Below are positions 59,168-64,000 of a stretch of 64,000 nucleotides of DNA, piece after piece. The stretch's first letter is position 1, and every line of letters starts with the position of its first letter. The stretch lies in sequence record OQ411014.1; one strand, written 5' to 3'. The translations under genes were made by a program, and so were the position numbers. The DNA is from Escherichia phage EJP2. Below the pieces are notes generated by a model that saw only the letters and a list, made by a program, of their open reading frames with translations, was not told the origin of the DNA and made no database searches.

Positions 59168-60105
59168 CTGAACTAAACAGAGCTAAAGGAAGTCTAATTG
59201 GATTAGCAGTAGGTGATGCAGTTGGAACGACTTTAGAGTTCAAAGTACGTGATGTCAAAAACATCACCGATATGGTAGGTGGTGGTCCGTTTAACCTCGA
59301 CGTAGGCCAGTGGACTGATGACACTAGTATGGCTCTTTGTTTGGGTTATGCACTTTTGCAAAATCATAATGTCAATGATATTGTTGATAGTATCAAGTGG
59401 TCACAAGTACAATTAGACAACTATGTAAAATGGTACATGAACGGTTACTGTAGTTCTAATGGATATTGCTTCGATATCGGAAGTACTACTCAAAGTGCAT
59501 TGCGTGCTTATATGAAAGATGGTGTCATTCGTAACAACGATCATTTCTTGGATTCAGGTAATGGTAGTCTTATGCGTCTTGCTCCAATTGCATTGTACTA
59601 TAACGCAAAGAATGTAGAAGAGTTCACAACTCTAGTGTATGCTGCTGACCTAAGTAGTACTACTACACATGCCAGTACTTTATGCCGTGAATCTTGTGTT
59701 GCATTTTCAGTACTACTCAATCGTGCTATCAATGGTATCGACGATAAGACTAAACTACTTGACTTCCCACCATCACTATGGAACGGTTTGGTGTCAGAGA
59801 AGTTAGTACTGGATGTGTTGAACGGTTCGTATAAGAATAAGACTCGTGAACAAATTAGTTCAAGTGGGTATGTTATTGATAGCCTAGAAGCCGCTCTATG
59901 GGCCTTCTGGAACACCGATAACTTCCGTGACGCTATCCTATTGGCTGCTAACTTAGGCAACGATGCAGACACTGTAGCGGCGATTACAGGGCAGATTGCA
60001 GGTGCTTTCTATGGTCTTGATGGTATCCCTGATGAATGGGTACAGAAGATTACAGCCACAGATGAAATCCAACAACTAGCTGAGGCTTTGTATAATGCAA
60101 ATTGA
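59164..60105 (+). CDS. ADP-ribosylglycohydrolase (DraG/ARH family)
   Basis: GSLIGLAVGDAVGTTLEF, GQWTDDTSMAL, GNGSLMRLAP and GNDADTVAAITGQIAGAFYG match ARH-family metal-binding blocks. Confidence 0.9.
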   Translation: MTELNRAKGSLIGLAVGDAVGTTLEFKVRDVKNITDMVGGGPFNLDVGQWTDDTSMALCLGYALLQNHNVNDIVDSIKWSQVQLDNYVKWYMNGYCSSNGYCFDIGSTTQSALRAYMKDGVIRNNDHFLDSGNGSLMRLAPIALYYNAKNVEEFTTLVYAADLSSTTTHASTLCRESCVAFSVLLNRAINGIDDKTKLLDFPPSLWNGLVSEKLVLDVLNGSYKNKTREQISSSGYVIDSLEAALWAFWNTDNFRDAILLAANLGNDADTVAAITGQIAGAFYGLDGIPDEWVQKITATDEIQQLAEALYNAN

Positions 60106-60541
60106 TAAGATTGTGAATGTCAAAATCGCACCAGGTCATAAAGTAACAATTGAACATACTTCGGTCGATACGCGTGAAACAATCGAAGCAGTTGTATCAT
60201 GTTCTACGCTAGATAATGGAAAAGGTGTTGCAGTCTTCAGTACTGAAGATGGTCAAGTCTTTACATGGAAACCTTCATTTTCTTCTTCACATGGGGAAGT
60301 AGTTCGAATTGATTCTGCACGTCCAGATGTTCTCGTCAATGCTTATGTAAGAGCATTCAGTACTGAAGTCCAACAGTACCGTCCGGTGCATGTAAATAGT
60401 GGTGAGTACACGTATACTGAAAAAGTATGTGAAACGCATAACTGGAGTGAAGCACTAGCACCACACGGTGATCATATATGTCTTGATTGTCGTATGGTAG
60501 TAAATGATAAATTTGAATTTGGAGTGTACTATGGGGATTAA
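60095..60541 (+). CDS. hypothetical protein
   Basis: Track ORF; overlaps the end of the hydrolase gene. Confidence 0.5.
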   Translation: MQIDKIVNVKIAPGHKVTIEHTSVDTRETIEAVVSCSTLDNGKGVAVFSTEDGQVFTWKPSFSSSHGEVVRIDSARPDVLVNAYVRAFSTEVQQYRPVHVNSGEYTYTEKVCETHNWSEALAPHGDHICLDCRMVVNDKFEFGVYYGD

Positions 60542-60764
60542 CATGTCGTACTGTATGTTTGAGAATACAGTGCGAGCATTAGAAGAAGTGTTAGAAAAGA
60601 TGTGGGAGCCGGATTTTGATCCTGATTCACTATCTTCACATGAGCGTCGTGCTTATAACCAACTCTATGAAATGGGTTCCTCTATTCACGCAGCAATCGA
60701 CGAGATCGAGGAACGCAAATATGATGAAGAACTAGCTAAACTGGATAAAGAAGATGACGAATAA
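60531..60764 (+). CDS. hypothetical acidic protein
   Basis: Track ORF 60504; likely start ATG 60531 (GGAG RBS) or 60543. Confidence 0.45.
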   Translation: MGINMSYCMFENTVRALEEVLEKMWEPDFDPDSLSSHERRAYNQLYEMGSSIHAAIDEIEERKYDEELAKLDKEDDE

Positions 60765-60960
60765 CATCCAGATGCCTTATATTATCACTGAACGTACAGT
60801 GATTGACATTGCTTACAATCCAGAGTATGGTGATAGTCGTATGTGTACTTGTGGTCATACATATGCACGTCATTTTGATTCATATGAAGATATGGACCCT
60901 GAAGGATGTAAGTACTGTGGTTGTATTGAATTTGTTGAAAAACTAAATAAGGACTTCTAA
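60754..60960 (+). CDS. hypothetical zinc-ribbon protein
   Basis: CTCGH ... CKYCGC cysteine pairs. Confidence 0.45.
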   Translation: MTNNIQMPYIITERTVIDIAYNPEYGDSRMCTCGHTYARHFDSYEDMDPEGCKYCGCIEFVEKLNKDF

Positions 60961-61460
60961 TGAAATATTATATGCTAAATGCAACTGATGCTAGTGGTCA
61001 TGGTAAAACTAATTTTTCTTACATTGACTTATCTGATAATAGTACTTTGGATGATGCGAAAGAAATCTTCTTAGAAGAGAACCCGTGGATTCAGTTCCAA
61101 GAAGTTGCTCGCATTACTGCACTGGAAATCGACCACAAAACCTATAAGGCAGGTTTGGCATTCAATGAATATGCACAGTACTGTCAAGATAAAGAATACG
61201 ATGAAGTGTACCAAGCAGCAACTGGTGAACACCCGTACCGAAACCCTAAATACACAAACAATCGTCTGTGGGAGCACCATAATATGTTTCCTACACGCAA
61301 ATGGGCTGAGATGCTCGCAGATCCAACCAAACCAGTACTGATCGGTTATCCGAAGATGTTTTCTGTGTTCAAGATGGACGATAAACGAAACCTACATTTC
61401 GTATATCATCATAGCAGTACTATTGACTTCCGTGATGATGCACGATTTGTCAAACAGTGA
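60960..61460 (+). CDS. hypothetical protein
   Basis: Track ORF; TAATG coupling. Confidence 0.5.
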   Translation: MKYYMLNATDASGHGKTNFSYIDLSDNSTLDDAKEIFLEENPWIQFQEVARITALEIDHKTYKAGLAFNEYAQYCQDKEYDEVYQAATGEHPYRNPKYTNNRLWEHHNMFPTRKWAEMLADPTKPVLIGYPKMFSVFKMDDKRNLHFVYHHSSTIDFRDDARFVKQ

Positions 61461-61468
61461 GATAGATA

Positions 61469-61738
61469 ATGGCAGTAAGACGTTACCCTGGTATATTTGA
61501 GTACTACAATAGTACTCAATTTGAAGAACATACTCAAGACAGCACAGTACTGATTAATACGTACTGGATTTGTACTGACATGGACTTCATGAAAAGTATA
61601 AAACAAGGTGTGTGGCAATACCATAGCAATAAAGGTGTAGCTGAATCAATCAGTTCACAACTACCAGGAACGACAGTACGTTTTATGGAATTTGCATATA
61701 TACCAAAAGAACCAAAGAGGATTGACAATGCAAAATGA
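61469..61738 (+). CDS. hypothetical protein
   Basis: Track ORF. Confidence 0.45.
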   Translation: MAVRRYPGIFEYYNSTQFEEHTQDSTVLINTYWICTDMDFMKSIKQGVWQYHSNKGVAESISSQLPGTTVRFMEFAYIPKEPKRIDNAK

Positions 61739-62060
61739 AGAGTATATTATTAGGTGTGAATGTGGTGACAAGACCGACCATGTGATTCATATCGCACAGT
61801 ACGATATCGGTGAAGATTGTGGTGATGATTCAATGGGTCAATGTGTCGTGTCATTACGTTTAGACCCACGTGCTTTCTGGTACAAGCGTGTGTGGTTGGC
61901 GTTCAAATACATCTTCGGTATTGGTAATCATTACCAGTATGTTGATACGTATATTGATGTTCAGTCATTGAAAGAAGTTGCTGAATCTTTGAAAGATACT
62001 CGTTCCGATGAACACAAAGAAGAAGCAAAAACTGATAAGACCATTCCAAAGGTATACTAA
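61728..62060 (+). CDS. hypothetical protein
   Basis: Track ORF 61692; likely start ATG 61728 (AAGAGGA RBS). Confidence 0.45.
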   Translation: MQNEEYIIRCECGDKTDHVIHIAQYDIGEDCGDDSMGQCVVSLRLDPRAFWYKRVWLAFKYIFGIGNHYQYVDTYIDVQSLKEVAESLKDTRSDEHKEEAKTDKTIPKVY

Positions 62061-62245
62061 TGGACAATTCGAAAGAATATAAGTACTGTACAGAATGTAC
62101 TTATGCTTTCACGTTTATGTCCGATAGAATATGCCCTAATTGTGGTGAAATGGACAGTACTGAAATATGTACTCGTCCATCACAATCGATAGACATTAGT
62201 CGATACCTAACATTGAAAGCTATGAAAGGACGTAAACAGTGCTAA
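62060..62245 (+). CDS. hypothetical zinc-ribbon protein
   Basis: CTECT ... CPNCG cysteine pairs. Confidence 0.45.
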   Translation: MDNSKEYKYCTECTYAFTFMSDRICPNCGEMDSTEICTRPSQSIDISRYLTLKAMKGRKQC

Positions 62246-62637
62246 ACATTTACAATGAACTAATTGAACTTGATTTTTTCAAGAATCCAGCCCGTAAGAC
62301 AAGTACTGAATCATTCTTTGAAAAAGAATTCATGATGCATCTAATGTTTGAAGATGAATACAGTGATGATTCAGTGAATAGTATTCTAGTAGTGAAGGAT
62401 TTATCTGAAGGAAATCTCTCACACATCAATGTCAGTACTAATCGCTGTATGCTCCAGTACTCCAATGATACTGGAATGATTGCTATTGTCAGAGCTAATG
62501 TTTCTGAAGATTTATTCGTACCAATAGCGTGTGATGAAGGTCAGTTCTTTCAGCTTATGGTACTGGAGGATTTGGGGAAGATTACACATGAATATGTGAA
62601 ATTAGTTCAAGATGTTTATGCAATTTTGAGCAAATGA
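62239..62637 (+). CDS. hypothetical protein
   Basis: Track ORF; apparent GTG start. Confidence 0.45.
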   Translation: MLNIYNELIELDFFKNPARKTSTESFFEKEFMMHLMFEDEYSDDSVNSILVVKDLSEGNLSHINVSTNRCMLQYSNDTGMIAIVRANVSEDLFVPIACDEGQFFQLMVLEDLGKITHEYVKLVQDVYAILSK

Positions 62638-62644
62638 AATATAT

Positions 62645-62655
62645 TGTGATATAAT
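62645..62655 (+). promoter_or_regulatory. extended -10 promoter TGTGATATAAT
   Basis: Exact motif copy upstream of the 62666 gene. Confidence 0.5.
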
Positions 62656-62665
62656 AAGGATATGT

Positions 62666-63646
62666 ATGTACGATACGTGTTTTGTGAGTAACGCACCAAT
62701 CACCCCAGGTGACCATGTGAAGTTATTCTATATCGCTGAGAAACGTGATATTTACGATACGAATCCACCAATGAAAAATAAAGGTGCAGGACAAACGTCC
62801 TGTACTGAAGATTATCTCATCATTGGATTTCCGGTTGAAGCAGTATATGATGAAGATGGGGATTACCAACACATTGATTATCCTGGATTTGAAGCTGAAT
62901 ACGTTCGTGATGTGATCACATCTCATTTAGCTTACGGATTCAGTGCAGTGATTGATTTTGGTGAAGCAACGTTATATACTCTTGATAAAATCATTCAAGA
63001 TGAGCAATTGGTTGTATCTCGCAATGGTATCCGCTCAAGGGTTCATAGAGTTGCAGTACTGGATTATATCTATGAAACAGTCCAAGATACGATTGACCCA
63101 TTTATACTGAGTTCGAATTCGTTCAAGCATTTAGCTAAAGCGTCAGTGAAACATAGTTATGCAATGTCATCTAAGACTGAATCAGTACAGCAATGGGCTA
63201 CTGAAAATGATAAGTACGTAAAGTTAGAGAAGATTCAAGACGCACAGGCTGACCAGTTCAAGTTCATTCATGCACTTGATGTTGTGAATACTAAGATACG
63301 ACCATCGTCACAAGTCAGTTCCACATATCATTTGGATAAAATTGCTTCATATCATTTACGCCTAGCACAGATTATGTTGCAGAAAGAATCCAGATTCTAT
63401 GCAAATACAAAATTCAATTTACAAGTGTGTAAGTGCATTACTCTGAAAGATTTAGAAGAGTTCTTCACTAATCACTATGACAGCGAAGTATATGAGAATG
63501 GTCTTTATGCGATAGAACGCTATAAGGAGCTATTCCAGTACGAATCACTTTATCTGGATTATGAATCGAGTAAAGCCTTACGCTTTGAGGTATTCTTTGA
63601 AGCCGTTGACGATCCCACTGTTCCTATCAAAGTGATAGTTACATAA
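62666..63646 (+). CDS. hypothetical protein, 326 aa
   Basis: Track ORF. Confidence 0.55.
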   Translation: MYDTCFVSNAPITPGDHVKLFYIAEKRDIYDTNPPMKNKGAGQTSCTEDYLIIGFPVEAVYDEDGDYQHIDYPGFEAEYVRDVITSHLAYGFSAVIDFGEATLYTLDKIIQDEQLVVSRNGIRSRVHRVAVLDYIYETVQDTIDPFILSSNSFKHLAKASVKHSYAMSSKTESVQQWATENDKYVKLEKIQDAQADQFKFIHALDVVNTKIRPSSQVSSTYHLDKIASYHLRLAQIMLQKESRFYANTKFNLQVCKCITLKDLEEFFTNHYDSEVYENGLYAIERYKELFQYESLYLDYESSKALRFEVFFEAVDDPTVPIKVIVT

Positions 63647-63718
63647 AAATTTACAATTATATGTAAATACGTACAGATGTAGAGGTTTTTTCTTTACATC
63701 TGTGCTATGGGAGAATAA

Positions 63719-64000
63719 ATGAAAGTAAAAGAGTTAATCATTAGACTTCAACAACTTGATCCTGAAGCCGTAGTACGTATACCAGTAACTTCAACGAGTT
63801 ATCCATATGGTAGTACTACTTCGGTGGATATTGACGGTGTTGGGGCTGGTATAGATTGGGACATAAGCATTGTACATGTGTATACAAAATCACCACTTGT
63901 ACATTTTATGCCTAATCAGTACGAGAACTTTATGAATGAATTGTTCGCAGCTAACAAGGCTCGTGATGTTGCATTCAAGAAAGGTATCAAAGATGCCAAA
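63719..64000 (+). CDS. hypothetical protein, 5' part only (runs off the window end)
   Basis: ATG at 63719 with GGGAGAA RBS; frame open to the window end. Confidence 0.5.
   Translation, partial: MKVKELIIRLQQLDPEAVVRIPVTSTSYPYGSTTSVDIDGVGAGIDWDISIVHVYTKSPLVHFMPNQYENFMNELFAANKARDVAFKKGIKDAK

Overview
This window reads as a dense, almost entirely plus-strand segment of a large virulent tailed-phage genome, AT-rich (about 38-40% GC by eye). It carries a T4-type replication, recombination and nucleotide-metabolism set: gp32-like SSB, UvsX/RecA recombinase, DnaB-like helicase with DnaG-like primase, RFC-like clamp loader, two-subunit type II topoisomerase, Dda-like helicase, RNase HI, flap endonuclease, class Ia ribonucleotide reductase NrdA/NrdB and DHFR. 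Gene order is not T4-like. Other recognisable genes are a terminase large subunit interrupted in its Walker A motif by a LAGLIDADG intein, an IF3 homologue, a GroES-like protein, a TelA-like protein, two DEDDh exonucleases, and an ADP-ribosylglycohydrolase next to a NADAR/YbiA-like gene. Three sequence-level signals stand out. The palindrome AGTACT is strongly over-represented from about 1 kb onward, in all reading frames and in intergenic DNA. An extended -10 promoter TGTGATATAAT recurs 11 times, plus one TGTGCTATAAT variant. A GC-rich, ORF-poor stretch of about 0.55 kb at 58.4-58.9 kb sits between the NADAR-like and ADP-ribosylglycohydrolase genes. No tRNA, rRNA, CRISPR array or integrase was recognised. 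All calls are by eye from motifs and the ORF track; no database search was run. Where I moved a start codon from the track, the evidence field says so.
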